In this document: positions 24,922 through 37,366 of the stretch, piece by piece
How the letters are laid out: every line of letters begins with the position of its first letter
Position numbering within the stretch: the stretch's first letter is position 1
Assembly (NCBI GenBank): GCA_010093705.1
Contig: MU006099.1
Location: 620,001-684,000, forward strand
Length of the DNA: 64,000 nucleotides
Origin: Patellaria atrata CBS 101060
Lineage: Eukaryota
Reading direction: 5' to 3'
The notes under the pieces: generated by a model
Seen by the model: only the letters and a program-made list of their open reading frames with translations
Told to the model about the DNA's origin: nothing
Databases searched by the model: none
Program-made: the position numbers and the translations under genes

Positions 24922-27037
24922 CTAATTGCTAAACAGCGTCGACCACCTCAGTGTACTGTCGCTGGTAGCCTTATGCGATGGCAACCTCTCACTTGCACTA
25001 TAATAACTTGGCGTCGGGGGAAGACAGGGCTTTCCCAGTTTCTTCATTGCCGCCACAGTAGAAGCCCAACTATACGGTTTCTTGGGTATCACTTGCTTGA
25101 TGTATTCAGAGATCTCTCTGACCCCATCTTCGAAGTTGAAGCCATATTCATTAAGAATGCCTGCATGACGGTGTGCGGAATCGCAGTAGACACCGCGGCG
25201 AGTCACGGTGCCGGGCGTTGCAGTGAGGTAGACGTCGGGAGAGATGAGGAGTCTAGAGGTGCTCTGCCTATTTGAGAGATAGGTGCATAGTCGAGCGACA
25301 AGATCGAAGCGTTCTTGTACACTATTCATATTTGCAATGTCGATGTGACTATTAGAAGGGGTAGGCCATGGACACGTGGGGCGATTGCGCGCGTATGTCG
25401 ACATAGGCGCGGGAGAGGGTGAAGTATTTCGATGGCCTAGGCAAGTTAGGTGATCGCGGAGGTGTATCCTCTCGCACTGATCGTTAACGGCGAAGGCGCG
25501 GCAAGGTACAAAACCATATCCTTGACTGTTCATTGTTAGTTCCACCCAACAACATCGTGTAGCTAACGTTCGGCTAAATTCGGAAGGTACAAGCTTGTAG
25601 AGTGCTTCGATCATGATGAAAGGCTCTACATTGCCTCTGTGGTCCTTTTTCAGAGCTAAACGGAGTGTTAAGCGTTCCAGAATATCCTGCAGATCTCGCC
25701 TTTCGCTCTCCGTAGCTCTGTTAACTATAATTCGAGCGAGATCAAAATCAACGAGGGGAAAGCAGAAAACATCCTCATGAAAAGGGGTGACATGCTTGTC
25801 TCTTTGTAAAGCTAAGAGAAGTATTTTAATAAGGTCGGCGCTCTGGAGGTACTCCCAGACCCATCTAGGGAACTCACAATCAGTCGTTGCAGAACAGAGG
25901 AGTTCTGCGAAAGTGAGGTGAGCAGCAGCGCTGTTACGGATGAGACTGTATTCGGATTGATTGCTCTTTTGGGTCATCAATAGCTGGATTTCTTGTCGAA
26001 ACGATGATGCGTATAAGAGCCAGAGTAGCTTGACCTTCAATCCATACCAAAGCGTTCCTACTCGAGGCAGTCTTCAATACAGCGTACTGACAAACGTATG
26101 CTGTAGCGCAGAGCGCTGATGAGCAGATACACTAGCCGAATAAGACCAATTTCCAGAATAGCCGTATTTCCTCGAAAATGAAGTACGTCACCTCCGTTAA
26201 TGCGTGACTGAAGAAAGTGCATTCGTCCCGATGGTTGTCCAAATCCTTTGAAGAGCGCGTGAAACTTCGAAGATGAGATATGTGTCGCCGGACGGCTTGT
26301 CTGCATTTCGTAGAAAAGAGGGACAGCCAAAATAACAAGAAGACTACCATGAAGGCCTGGCATTGAGACGAAGCTAAGCCACGACCAGGACGTTTCTATG
26401 ATCAAAAGAAGCCATGATGTAGCTCCTGAGCATAGAAATGCGGTTAAGCCGATGAGGATGTGGCTCTGGTAGAAACTAGCTTCGTGTTGAGCGTTACCTA
26501 GGTTTACAACGGTAACACCGTTAAGGCCTCCTGACCAGTCGGAGCCTACGTCTACCAGAGGTGTACGCTCTTTCTCCAGGTATCGTTTTCGCTTGCGGAG
26601 GTAGATGCTGTCTTGATAGCGATTGCGATACTGGTATACGTCCACAATATCGCACTGACAACTTCCGTTGGGAGGTTCTCGGATGACAAGTGGCCCAAAA
26701 TGTCCTCGCATAGACACTAGAGAAGAGCCAGCAGTTATACCTAATGATAGATCAGCACACTTAGTATACGTAATAGTAACGAGCTCTTGCGGGTCTAACG
26801 TCATAAGCATTGACAGCACGTACATCTTTGCAAGCCCAACGCAGTCTTCACGATGTTTTTGACAAGGCCTAACAGACCTAATATCGAAAGTGACGAAGCA
26901 GCTACAGTAGCATAACCAAACTGAGCAGCAGATAAGTTCCTTTCAACGCCATCGGTGCAGAAAAGGCCAGCAAGAGCTGCAAAAACTTGAGAACCCCTGG
27001 CGAGTACTTGAGCAGTAGAATCAGATGCATCCATCAT
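24922..27037 (-). pseudogene. Hypothetical membrane-protein gene with two apparent frameshifts
   Basis: ATG at 27037, one GTACGT...TAG intron near 26740-26823, then coding sequence that passes through three frames (26058-26825, 25934-26131, 24922-26040) with no convincing intron at the junctions. Confidence 0.55.
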
Positions 27038-27196
27038 GAAAGATAGAACTATAGACAACGATGAAGGTGGGAGCAGAACGCGTTCGTCGATTATCGGAAA
27101 GTGAAGTGAGGAAACTAGAGACTATACCATGACTACACGATACTGGGTGGGAAAGAAGTCTTTAGGACCTGCAGTGACCACCCAACGTACCTTATA

Positions 27197-27694
27197 TTGC
27201 GGCTATGTAAAGTCAATGTCGACATGCTCCCGAATCTGCGGGTTAAAAGCTCGAGCATACTGTATGCTCAGTACAGGAGCCATGAGACGCTCCTTGCCCT
27301 GATAAACACCGACCAAGAAACAAGGCAAACAAACGGAACTGAGATGAAACAAGAGTCTCAAGGATCAAGGGGACCAGCCACCAATAATAGCCATAGGCTG
27401 TATGAAGCATATACATTGTTATACCTCCCAGACAACTTTGCTAGAACTGCGGACTTAGAGGTTGGATTGAGCGGAGATGGCGGCGAGAAAGCCACTGCAG
27501 AAGAATGCTGTAGGCACTTTGTAAGGTATAAGATGGAGGGGATGCATCATCGCCTGATGAATCTGCCACGATGGCTTGAATTGCGAGGTATTGGAGAGAT
27601 GTTTCCCTCGTGCTTTCCACGTGGATGGTACAAGATATGGTGGGAAGGCGCTCTCAGGAGATGCACCTGCTCGAAACGGGAACGCGTGGGATAG
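27197..27694 (+). CDS. Possible small hypothetical protein
   Basis: Only an open frame of 165 codons with protein-like composition; no recognised motif and the start is uncertain. Confidence 0.2.
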   Translation: MRLCKVNVDMLPNLRVKSSSILYAQYRSHETLLALINTDQETRQTNGTEMKQESQGSRGPATNNSHRLYEAYTLLYLPDNFARTADLEVGLSGDGGEKATAEECCRHFVRYKMEGMHHRLMNLPRWLELRGIGEMFPSCFPRGWYKIWWEGALRRCTCSKRERVG

Positions 27695-28259
27695 ACCTGG
27701 GGTTATACTGTACTGTACCGCCCCGTAGAACCAGCATCGAACGGAACCTTCCAAAGCACCAGAAGGGCACGATGAAGTTGATCTTTTTGATCTTCATATC
27801 TTTACTTGCGAGAACGGAGAGCAGAGGGTAAAGGTGGTTGGTTCCCGTAATTGATTATGCCAATCCATCTGTACCTAATTTGCCTAACTGTGAAGATCAC
27901 CAGTGGATTGTGGGTTTTTGTGGAATGATCATCGCACTCTCGTCTTCATAAACTGAGGCCGCAGCACGTCGTCCTCTCCCAGCTTCTTTGATTTTTTTTA
28001 ACATTATCCCGCGAGTACGTCTGCGGCACAGCAACCTTTCTCTAGCTACCTGAAACATCCCTTCACCAAACAATCCCAATTCGTCTGCACGCTTGCATAT
28101 CTGAAAAGCCATCTGTTCCCCCTCCAGACCGGTGATGACAGCCAAGCCGAGGCTGAACCTTCCACAGAGCATCAGAACCTTCCAAGTCTCTAAAACTCCT
28201 CTCGAGCTCCTTAGCACAAAATTGGGCCTTCCTAGAAGATAGTACTACCCAGGACGGTT

Positions 28260-29126
28260 ATGTCACTAATCAACTGTCCGAAGATGCTTTCGTCGTTTCC
28301 CTTTATGCGGCTTCCTATCGATCTTCGTCTAGAAATATACCATCTCCTTCTTACTCCACAAACAAAAGAGCCGGTGGATGTCATTATTGAGAGGAGTAAA
28401 AAGCCGACAAGCTACCGTCTCGAGCTGGTTTGCTCTCTCAGTCCGCCAATATACCCAAACACCGCCATCCTAAGGGCATGCAAGCAAATCTACAGTGAAG
28501 CCTTGCCTACACTCTATAGAGCATATACTTTTTGTCTTGGGGATAATGAAGCGCTCCTCCCTGCGTTTCTCTCACGGATTCCGTCATTTGGGCGGGAGAA
28601 TATACGTCGGATCAGATTTGTTATCAATCCGTATGTAGGGTATAAGAAAAACAATGCGACCTTTCATGAGGTTGTCACCTGCGCTCAGATCGCTAGCTTA
28701 GCCCCACGGTTGCGGGAAGTACAAATTCAATTTGGCTCTTTGGATTCTCCAGTGGACATGGCCAAGTGGAAGCGTTGGAAGCAACTACTTCATAGGATCG
28801 ATGCCAAGAAGACCCTATGGATTGATCCACGGCTGAATGATTCTCTGCGCAAAGATTCCAGTTCTTGCATTTCAATCATGAAACAAAGATGGAATGAATT
28901 CTTGGTCGAGGACGCAGATTTTAAGACGAACGCTCCGCAGCCCCTCTCCGAACCAGGAGTATTTCAGCCTATTCCTTCCTCGCCACCACCGTCATATCGA
29001 GAACCAGAGGTTGATGACTGGGATTTGCTTAGCATCGGTTCTACGAAGCTCCTTGATGACTGGGAGGAAATAAGCAACAAGTCCTGGACCTCCGGAAGCG
29101 ACGCTACTGTGGAGATAATGGGTTAG
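28260..29126 (+). CDS. Hypothetical protein with an F-box-like N-terminus
   Basis: FPFMRLPIDLRLEIYHLLL and ILRACKQIYSEALPTLY, a pattern common in lineage-specific ascomycete proteins. Confidence 0.75.
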   Translation: MSLINCPKMLSSFPFMRLPIDLRLEIYHLLLTPQTKEPVDVIIERSKKPTSYRLELVCSLSPPIYPNTAILRACKQIYSEALPTLYRAYTFCLGDNEALLPAFLSRIPSFGRENIRRIRFVINPYVGYKKNNATFHEVVTCAQIASLAPRLREVQIQFGSLDSPVDMAKWKRWKQLLHRIDAKKTLWIDPRLNDSLRKDSSSCISIMKQRWNEFLVEDADFKTNAPQPLSEPGVFQPIPSSPPPSYREPEVDDWDLLSIGSTKLLDDWEEISNKSWTSGSDATVEIMG

Positions 29127-29267
29127 GGTTGTAAGGATATTACGACATCAAGATGACCCTTTTACATCTATTGACATATATTGGATAAATTCCACTATCT
29201 ACAATCTCCCCGCCCTTATGATCCTTCACGTATCTTCTTGTGCACTTCAGTTAATCTCATCCTGAAC

Positions 29268-30075
29268 TTAACTTTCAGCCTCCATTTCCTTCAGCTCCCC
29301 AACAGTTACCCAGTCCTTCACCACTAGCTGCATTAAGTTTCGCTGTTCCGCTTCTCCAAGAGGTTTCTCAGCTCCTCGCCTCCTTTCTCTAGAAGCACTC
29401 GTTTCAAAGAGATATGCTTCATCTCCAGATTTAGGGTCGAAGTTGTAGGTACGGACCTCGCAGTTGCGCCATCCAGTACCTAGGGACAGAGTTAGATCAG
29501 TTTCAAGAATAGTCTAAAGGCGCGTTCGGCTCCCAAATACCTTGGAAATTGGTTGCACCATGCCAATCGTTCGACAAGAAATGCAAAAGAGCACCATGCG
29601 CCACGACGACAATCTCATTCTCCTTCCGGTCACGCAGCCATTGTCTTGCTGCCTTCGCCCGCTCGGTGACAGCTTGTGCAGTCGGCGCCCAATAGCCACG
29701 CTTGCTATTCCAGCCTTCGACTACACGGTTCAAATCCACGGGCTTCCCCTCGAACTCCTTGAGCAGCGTCTCGAGGTTACTTCCAGTGTCGCAGGGTAAA
29801 TCACTCGTCTCCTGCAATTCCGGAAGTGTGACTAGGCGCATCGATTGGTCCTTCTCGAGTACGTCGGCGAAAGATAGAAGTGCAGTGTAGATTGTGCGCC
29901 GGAGAGGCGAGGCAACGATCAGGTCAACTGATTCCTTGGTGGGAAAACTGGCACGGAGGTCTGCGCATTGCTGTTTACCCAGTTCAGTCAGTTCCGGGTC
30001 ATGCAGGCGATGGTTGTCAGAATTTAGGTTGTGGTAACCTTGGGCATGACGAACAAGGTGTATTGTCTGTGGCAT
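29268..30075 (-). CDS. Histidine phosphatase / phosphoglycerate mutase family protein
   Basis: LVRHAQGYHN, ASPLRRT, LQE...CDTGS and VVAHG. An intron at about 29480-29540 leads into exon 2 (GTGWRNCE...MEAES*). Confidence 0.9.
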
Positions 30076-30832
30076 TTTGGAAGGGCAATTGGGGCTAGGA
30101 TGAAGTTGTTGAGGAAGATAGGATGACTCTGGTGGAGCTTTGAATTTGTAACGTATGCGGCGTCTTAAAAGTCACATGTATTTCTATGCAGTCTTGAACC
30201 GTTGCAGTTTAGGCATCCAGCTGTATAGCCCTAATTTCTATTTGACCCTCTCACCGTGAGGACTGACGAGTGACTCCCAGACTCACTACTTTTTTTTTTG
30301 TTTTATTATTAATCGAGCATGAGATCCGAGATGTAACCGGTTCGAGCGCCTTACTACTTTTGGGAACCTTTATCTCGTTCGTTTAGGTAAGGTATGAGGA
30401 CGGGAAGATCTAAATAAAAATAAGTGCAGCCAATATTCTCATATCCATGTTGTTAAATGTTAGTGAACAACCTTACTCAGCCTTCAAGTTTTGTTCTACC
30501 TTCTGTACTTGTACTATACCAAATACGACCAACCTCACAGCCAATGACGTGCAAGCTCGATTAGAACTTGATGCGAGCCGATGATACTCCGAGTGTTTAC
30601 TTTCTCTTTGACAAAACCGACGCGGTCCCTCTCACATTGACACGGCATATCACCTGCACTCCCCAGGCTAACCAACGTGACATTGTACAGAGTAATAATA
30701 ATTACTTTTCTACACGTTGGAATTCAATTCTACTCACCCCAAAAGTGCAATCAATTTCCAATTCCAGTACCACCCTTCCTCGCCAAAACATTGAATCTCC
30801 CAGCCGCGATTGCCGTTTCTCAATCACCCACC

Positions 30833-33800
30833 ATGGTGACTTCACCTCGGGAAAGAAACTCTCAGTCTCCCTCATCCGTCCTCGCGTCCTTGGTCCAGAA
30901 TATTCATGAGAATAGATCTAGAAACCAGAGTTATTACCTGCCATCATCACCTCCAAAGCCTCCACAAGAGGACCTCAGTCAAGTTTCGAGCTTAGATCCT
31001 GACGACATTGTGGCCGAGTCAACGCGTAACCAAGCATTTGAAGAAAGCTTTACCGATCCTCTCCCGGGTGTTCGAGACTCCGCGAAACGATACCATCCTA
31101 GATGCTGGCAACCACGCTCACCACCGCCTAAAGTCACAAGCTCGTTTCTCGAGCACGCCTTCGACGACTTCAGTGGGGAATTTAGACAAGAAGGGAGTCC
31201 AGAAGCGTCAAATTCTGCGAGTGTATCCGTCGAACTGGGGAGAGGAAACCAGCGCCAGAGCCCCAGAGTCGCATCCACTAGACTTTACAACTCAAGGACC
31301 GATTCGCAACGTAAACATTCCAATATGGACAACAACAGTCTGTACGACATTACTGCCACACCACAAAACAAACCACGAACTTCTCTCAGGAAAGTGGATA
31401 GTGCGGACCGCAGCACGCTCAAGCGCGAAGCCCAACTCAGAAGTGCTTCGCGTCAACAACAGGAAAATTTGGAGGGGAATTTCACGAAAGAGATTAAAGA
31501 GCTTCTGGCGGGTACGGATCGCCCCAAGAGCACTTTAGCACAGAGCCATGCAAGAGTTACGATGGAGGAGGATGCATCCATAATCGACGAACGACCGCCC
31601 ACAGTTAGCTTGAACCTCAAGACTACTAGATTCAATAATCCTAGATCTCGGCAAACATCAGGTGTAGGGAACGAAACGGCTACCACCCCAAACAATTCCA
31701 AACACTACGCATCTCCCTTTCTTCGTACTCCCGCTAATGGCACAATACAATCATTTGTATTACCCGATATTCCCAATCTGACAGAGCTTGTTTCTGGTGC
31801 TTATAAAGAAGGTACTCCGGTGTTCTCATGTAGTGGGAAAATTCGGTCAAGGTTTGCTCCAGCTCCAGATGCAGATGCACCGCACCACAATTCTTTCGAG
31901 GACATTCCTGTGCCTCAAGACGAAAAGGTCTTGATTGCTTCTTTAAAGTTATTGTCCGACAAATTCGCTCGATTAGAAGAAGAAAAGTTGAGTGCGGACG
32001 ACAAGGTTGATCGTTATGGAAACAAGATCATTAAACTTGAAGCCGAATTGGACGTGCTCAAGAGGCCAGACAGCACGTTAGGATCTCCTGATGGGGACTT
32101 TGGAAAGTCCGCTTGGAAAACGGAGAAAGCAAGTAAGTGGATCACCGATATCTCGCATATAACCATTCACCAATATATTCTTAGATCTTCAACGTGATAT
32201 GGAAGTGGCCCAGAAGAAGCTTGAGCGGGTAGAAAGACGATTAGAATGCGCAAATTCAGCAACAAAAAAATTGACTGAAGAACGTGATGCACTCCTTACA
32301 CAACTTGAAGTGGCTTTCATGGGCCAAGGAGAGCTCAAAGCAGAGAATGAACAACTTCGGGTTGAGATTCGAGAGCTCCGAAAGAATAACCAGACTAAGA
32401 ATGCGCACTTTGAGGGTGAAGTTCAAGAGCTTCGAAAGGAGAATCGAAGCCTACAAAAGAAGAACGCGCAATTTGAAAGCGAAATCCAACAGTTCCGAAA
32501 AGAAAATCAAGTATTGCTGGAAAAGAACGAACAGTTCGAAGATGAAACACGTCAACTCCGTCTTGATCGCAAACAGTTTGCCAAGGTCCGCAAGGAGAAT
32601 GATACTCTACAAGCGGAGTACAATAGAGTCCAGGCCCAACAGGAGAATCTCCGCAAAGAAAATGACACACTACGAGGAAAGTTTGACATGATTCAATCGA
32701 AGCACGAGGAAGATACCCAACGATGGACTACTAAGGAGATTAAATTTCGCACTGCAGCTGCTATTCAACAGCACGCTGAAGAGAAGAGGGCCCGAGTCGA
32801 GAATAGGGAGCAACAGCGCTATCATAAGGCGCTTAAATCAGAAAACAATCTTTTGAGAGAGAGACTAGAAGATATCGAAAGGCGACTGGACAATGTACAG
32901 AAGCTTCCTGCGATGTCGGAAGTACGAGAGGAAACCATTCGGAGGCTTCAAGACGATACCATCGATTTCCTATACAACAATCGAGTCAACAGAAATAGAC
33001 AAGACTTTGACCGTGTGGCCAAATCAAATGAACGCCCGAATGAGGATGACAGGCTTCACACCTTGAGAAATCTTGAGGAAAGGCTAAGACGTGAACGTGA
33101 AGAACGTACTCAGGAAAGCCGCGCCCAAGAACGTCCACAAACAAGACGTGCACAGAGTCTCATGTCTAGTACCATCAATCATGAAAAGAAGACTACCCAG
33201 ACAGTGGAACTTCCAAAGGAAGTAACAGAGATCAGTGAAATCGATCCAGCTTTCATCGCCAACATCCGGAAGCAACTTGAAGCGGAACGAGCCGCGAAAC
33301 GCACGACGAGATCGTTCTCAGCACCCGCCAACCATCTTAAAGAGGATACTGTTCACTCCGTAAAGACTCGAGCATCAAGTCGCAGAACATCCTTCAGCGA
33401 ATCCACTGACGATCCTGAAGAAAACGCACCCTCACTCGCTGATTTCGCAACCAACCTCCCAGAATTCACAGCTACCCAGCAAAAAGAGAAGACAGAACGT
33501 TCTATATTAAGCGAATCGACCCGTCGTCGCCGCAGCGCCCCCCCAGAACTCACATCCGCTTTCATCCTCCCAGACATCACTATGCGCAACCCTCACTCTC
33601 TCTCTACCCACAACAAGAAAAATTGCACCCTCTGCCTCCCCAAATCAAACCACGACAACATCGACATTCCAGACCCAGTACCCGTCTCGCTCCGCACCTC
33701 TGATCAACCCGACGCGACCATTCGTCCCGTGCAGCCGCCTATGAAGGCACTAGCATCCGTATTGAAGACGTTAGAAGACGAGCTGGAACATCTGCATATC

Positions 33801-34133
33801 CAGCTCGCCGGTTTGCACCAAGATATGAGAGACTTGGATCCGAGTTGCGGGATGAGAGAGCACAATGAGATCCAGAGGAAGCTGAGGGAGACACTGAGAT
33901 CGATCGAAGTAAGGCAGAAGCAGATTTACACGCTTTACGATGTCGTCGAGGTGTGCAAGGATGACGATAAGGAGATTACGGGAAAGATTGTCGAGGAGAC
34001 GTTGCAGAGTATTGGGTTGGATCCGGTTGAGTTGCTTGGGAGGGAGGGTGGGCGTGGGGAAGATGGGGAGACGGAGGAGAAGAGCTGGAGGGGTTTTAGT
34101 AGTGAGGATGCTATGTTCGATCTGCATTTGTGA
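30833..34133 (+). CDS. Ppc89/Cep57-like spindle-pole-body coiled-coil protein
   Basis: QSFVLPDIPNLTELVSG, a long coiled coil, SAFILPDIT, H..NCTLC, DATIRP...ALASVLKTLEDELEHL and KQIYTLYDVVE. An intron at about 32132-32183 joins ORFs 30677-32197 and 32199-34133. Confidence 0.75.
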
Positions 34134-34300
34134 GTTTGGGTTCAAGGAGTTCTTGCATGATTGGGTTTTGTTCATGTTGGTTACTGGTGTAAGTTCCGTG
34201 TTGAGACTTGTTTGTTTTGCATGCTGGTCCGGTGTCTGGTTTTGCAATTGTAAAAGTGATTTTCATCCATTTGCTTGTTTCACGGTGTTGGGTCGGTCGA

Positions 34301-34803
34301 GTACGGAGTGTAATGAATATCATTTTCCTGTTTCTGTGACATTGGTCACTCTAGTATTGGCTGTTAGGTACCTGTACCGCCCTTTGTCCATCCCTTGATA
34401 TACCAGGTACTCCGCATATTCCCACACTTCCGTACACACAATGCTATCCAGTAAAATCCGTACAATGTGCCCGAGTACGGCCTACGACATCTGGTATCGA
34501 TAAACCGAACGGGCAAATCATGCTCCGTACGGTGATTTCTCTTGACACTCCGGCCAGGGTATATAGGACTTGTTCTGTTTGTACAAAGTACGGCGTGACT
34601 ATATCCGTGCACGAGATCTAGCTAGGGTATTGTACGGGAGAATCTCTAGTTCATGCCCCCAGGGTGATGGAGGAGAAGCGCTCGCGGGTAAGGTATGACA
34701 TTCCAATATCAACTACTCAGACCAAGCGGGTGATCTGCTTCCGAACATTCATCGATGTCCATAAAAGGCGTACGCGAGACGTGTCTTTTGTACGATCACG
34801 TAC
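34301..34803. repeat. GTAC-dense intergenic island
   Basis: About 14 GTAC counted in about 500 bp between the convergent Ppc89-like and HET genes. Confidence 0.7.
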
Positions 34804-35419
34804 AACAGAGCACTTTCTCCGCTGGATGGGTAAAGGATGTTTCGTCAGTGGTAGTTCCTTCCTCGCGCAGTTAGGTGATGGGAGTCGTATGTTCTCCCGT
34901 GCTTCAGCGACCTATCTGGTATCGGCCATCCAACCAAGGGACGGCTCTTTGTGCGGAATTTACATTATGCTTCCGGATACGACATGGCCGAGATGTGTTT
35001 CTTTACAGGGTGTACGACGGCATGGTATCCCTTCGAGGAATAGGTTGGTAGTAGACATCTAAATGAACGTGAATGAAGCTCCGTGGAGAAACTTTGAGTC
35101 ATATCCATTTCATGTATGGAACTGAGAATGTGTGGATATAGATATTAGACAAAGTGGAGGAATTTGGACTCTTCAGCTCTGGTAGTCGAAAGAATGCACT
35201 GCTATTTCTGGAACTGACTTGTTACAGATTGAATGACAAGTAGGCAATTCCGTGAAATCGTGTATTCTTTGTAGCCATCACTCCCCGCATATGATCAGAT
35301 AATAGAGGTGTCCACCGCATTTGAAGATCCAAGGGGAGATTCCGCCGTATCTCCAGAGAAGGAGAAAGCCATCAGAGAGTATCGTGATCCAGTAGGACTT
35401 TTGGTCATCGAGCTGCGTA

Positions 35420-37366
35420 TCAACGGATCAAGAACTCCTGTTCCTTCATGAGGCCTTTATGGTACAACTCATCCACAAGTTCACCTTCCATGATTCCACC
35501 AACGTACGCTACGCCAACAATCTTATAATAGTCCCCGCAAGATCGGAGGACAAATGGTACAGGTGCACCAAAGATGATGACAACTTGATCACCTTTCCGC
35601 ACGAAGGGCATCCCTCGAGCCATGAATCCACCCTCTGTCGTGAAGAAAGACCTATTGCGTATTTTATCGTAAAGGGCGCGACGATAATCATCTTCCGTTT
35701 TTGAGTAACGACTGACGTGGAAATAACTTGATCGAACACTCTTGTCTTTGGAACCCTTAGGTGGAAGACGAAATCCACGGAGGATTTCATACATAGTTCC
35801 GAACCACTCGGGGGCAACCGCCCCATCAACGTCCATATTGGATATAAGCATTCGCCACAGTGGTTCTTTGCGTGTGTATTTCTTTAGGTTGGGACTGGCT
35901 GCTGACGGTTTGTTATTGGATTGTGTTATGAGTTCGTCTACCTCCACTAGTCGCTCAATGACTTCTTTTATAGCTTTCGGAAATACCAACACGTCGTTGA
36001 CTGTATCCACGAGTAGCCCTCGAATCCTTAGGGTTTCATTGTCAGGTAGAATCACACCGTTCACCTGAGTAGACTCCTTACCCGAACAGCCAATACCTGG
36101 TGGATGAAGTGAAAGCGGATCATTTAACCTACGGGTCTTATGGATGGCTAGGTCAATAACCCAAGAAGGAAGATGAGCGTTTTCATCCGGGTCTTGGAGT
36201 ATCATAGATGATAGGATCCACGGTCCTTTACCTTGCTTGAAAACCTCGATCAGGACTTCCGTATACACCGCCTTAACAGACTTGCGATAGTCGACGGAGA
36301 AGACACGGCGATCTTCCTCTTTTAATAAGTTTAAAATGCCGTATATCTTGTCCCTTGGGTCCTTGCAATGGCTGTGGCGACTGACAGGAAGAATATCTAC
36401 TAGGTCCATACCCTCGGTCTCTGCTGCCACATCTCTTATATGGTCGAGGCTGCGCAAGCGGTATCTGAGCCAAAAATATCTTGGTTCGCCATCAAACCAC
36501 GATTTAGACTCGCCAGCTGGGGGTTGATCACTGTAACGCTTTTCGACAACTTTCTGGTAGAACATAGAGCGGTGGTTGGTCTTCCTCAGGTCAAGGATGT
36601 CAAGGAGCTTCCCCCATGCATATACCAGCATATCCCACGAAATGGCCTTACGTCCACAATACACAACCGGTGAATTCCGTGCAAGAGCGAGCTCTTGGAT
36701 CACCCACAACCGACTGAACCATGCTCTTCGAACCATCCAATTGACGCAATGCTCATAGGCATCTTCTAAGACTTCCTTAGAGACAGATTTTCTCTCACTG
36801 AGTCTTAGCAATATGTCGAATGCGGCATCACTGCCGATACTAAGCGGATCCGCAGGACCTAGAAATATCAAGACTCTGGCGGCGCTCGCAAAGATATGAC
36901 CCATGTGCAAAACTTGAATGTTACGCTCTTCCACGTCTTCCTGATTGATGCATATTGCGTCGGCCCAGAGAACTAAATATTTGGATGATGAACGTAGGTG
37001 ATTGAGAGTACAGAAAAGGTGTCGAGTTATCAACATCTCCTTACTATTAATGGTTATTGGTAGTTTCCCGTTGACATCACCCCAGAAATAGGATATAGCA
37101 TCATAAAGTAGCACATCATGGAGAGAGACGGTTACCAGATAGCCGATGATTTCGGAGTTGAAGTTGCCTGGTTCGAGATGTAGTAGTCTGATTTCCTTGC
37201 GTGAAGCGTCGAGTGGTCTATCGTATGGTGTCATTCTATTCTTTTCCGCGAGGGAAGAGGTCTGATGTTCTCCCTCCCAAATTCGGGATGAGCCATGAGG
37301 AAGAAGATCTTTCATATGCCTGGTGGATGGGTTATATTCAGCCTTTAGTATACAACTGCTGCGCAT
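35420..37366 (-). CDS. Heterokaryon-incompatibility (HET-domain, HET-6-like) protein, intronless
   Basis: EIRLLHL, YDAISYFWG, LWADAICINQ...ERNIQV, WFSRLWVIQE, DPRDKIYGIL, LPSWV and the C-terminal GAPVPFVLR...VGVAYVGGIMEGE. The true start may be the ATG at about 37234 (MTPYDRPL). Confidence 0.93.
   Translation of the reverse strand: MRSSCILKAEYNPSTRHMKDLLPHGSSRIWEGEHQTSSLAEKNRMTPYDRPLDASRKEIRLLHLEPGNFNSEIIGYLVTVSLHDVLLYDAISYFWGDVNGKLPITINSKEMLITRHLFCTLNHLRSSSKYLVLWADAICINQEDVEERNIQVLHMGHIFASAARVLIFLGPADPLSIGSDAAFDILLRLSERKSVSKEVLEDAYEHCVNWMVRRAWFSRLWVIQELALARNSPVVYCGRKAISWDMLVYAWGKLLDILDLRKTNHRSMFYQKVVEKRYSDQPPAGESKSWFDGEPRYFWLRYRLRSLDHIRDVAAETEGMDLVDILPVSRHSHCKDPRDKIYGILNLLKEEDRRVFSVDYRKSVKAVYTEVLIEVFKQGKGPWILSSMILQDPDENAHLPSWVIDLAIHKTRRLNDPLSLHPPGIGCSGKESTQVNGVILPDNETLRIRGLLVDTVNDVLVFPKAIKEVIERLVEVDELITQSNNKPSAASPNLKKYTRKEPLWRMLISNMDVDGAVAPEWFGTMYEILRGFRLPPKGSKDKSVRSSYFHVSRYSKTEDDYRRALYDKIRNRSFFTTEGGFMARGMPFVRKGDQVVIIFGAPVPFVLRSCGDYYKIVGVAYVGGIMEGELVDELYHKGLMKEQEFLIR

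Noticed and set aside
30330..30350. GGTTCGA tRNA T-loop-like strings (also at about 10603 and 63392)
   Set aside because: No T-stem or cloverleaf can be formed.
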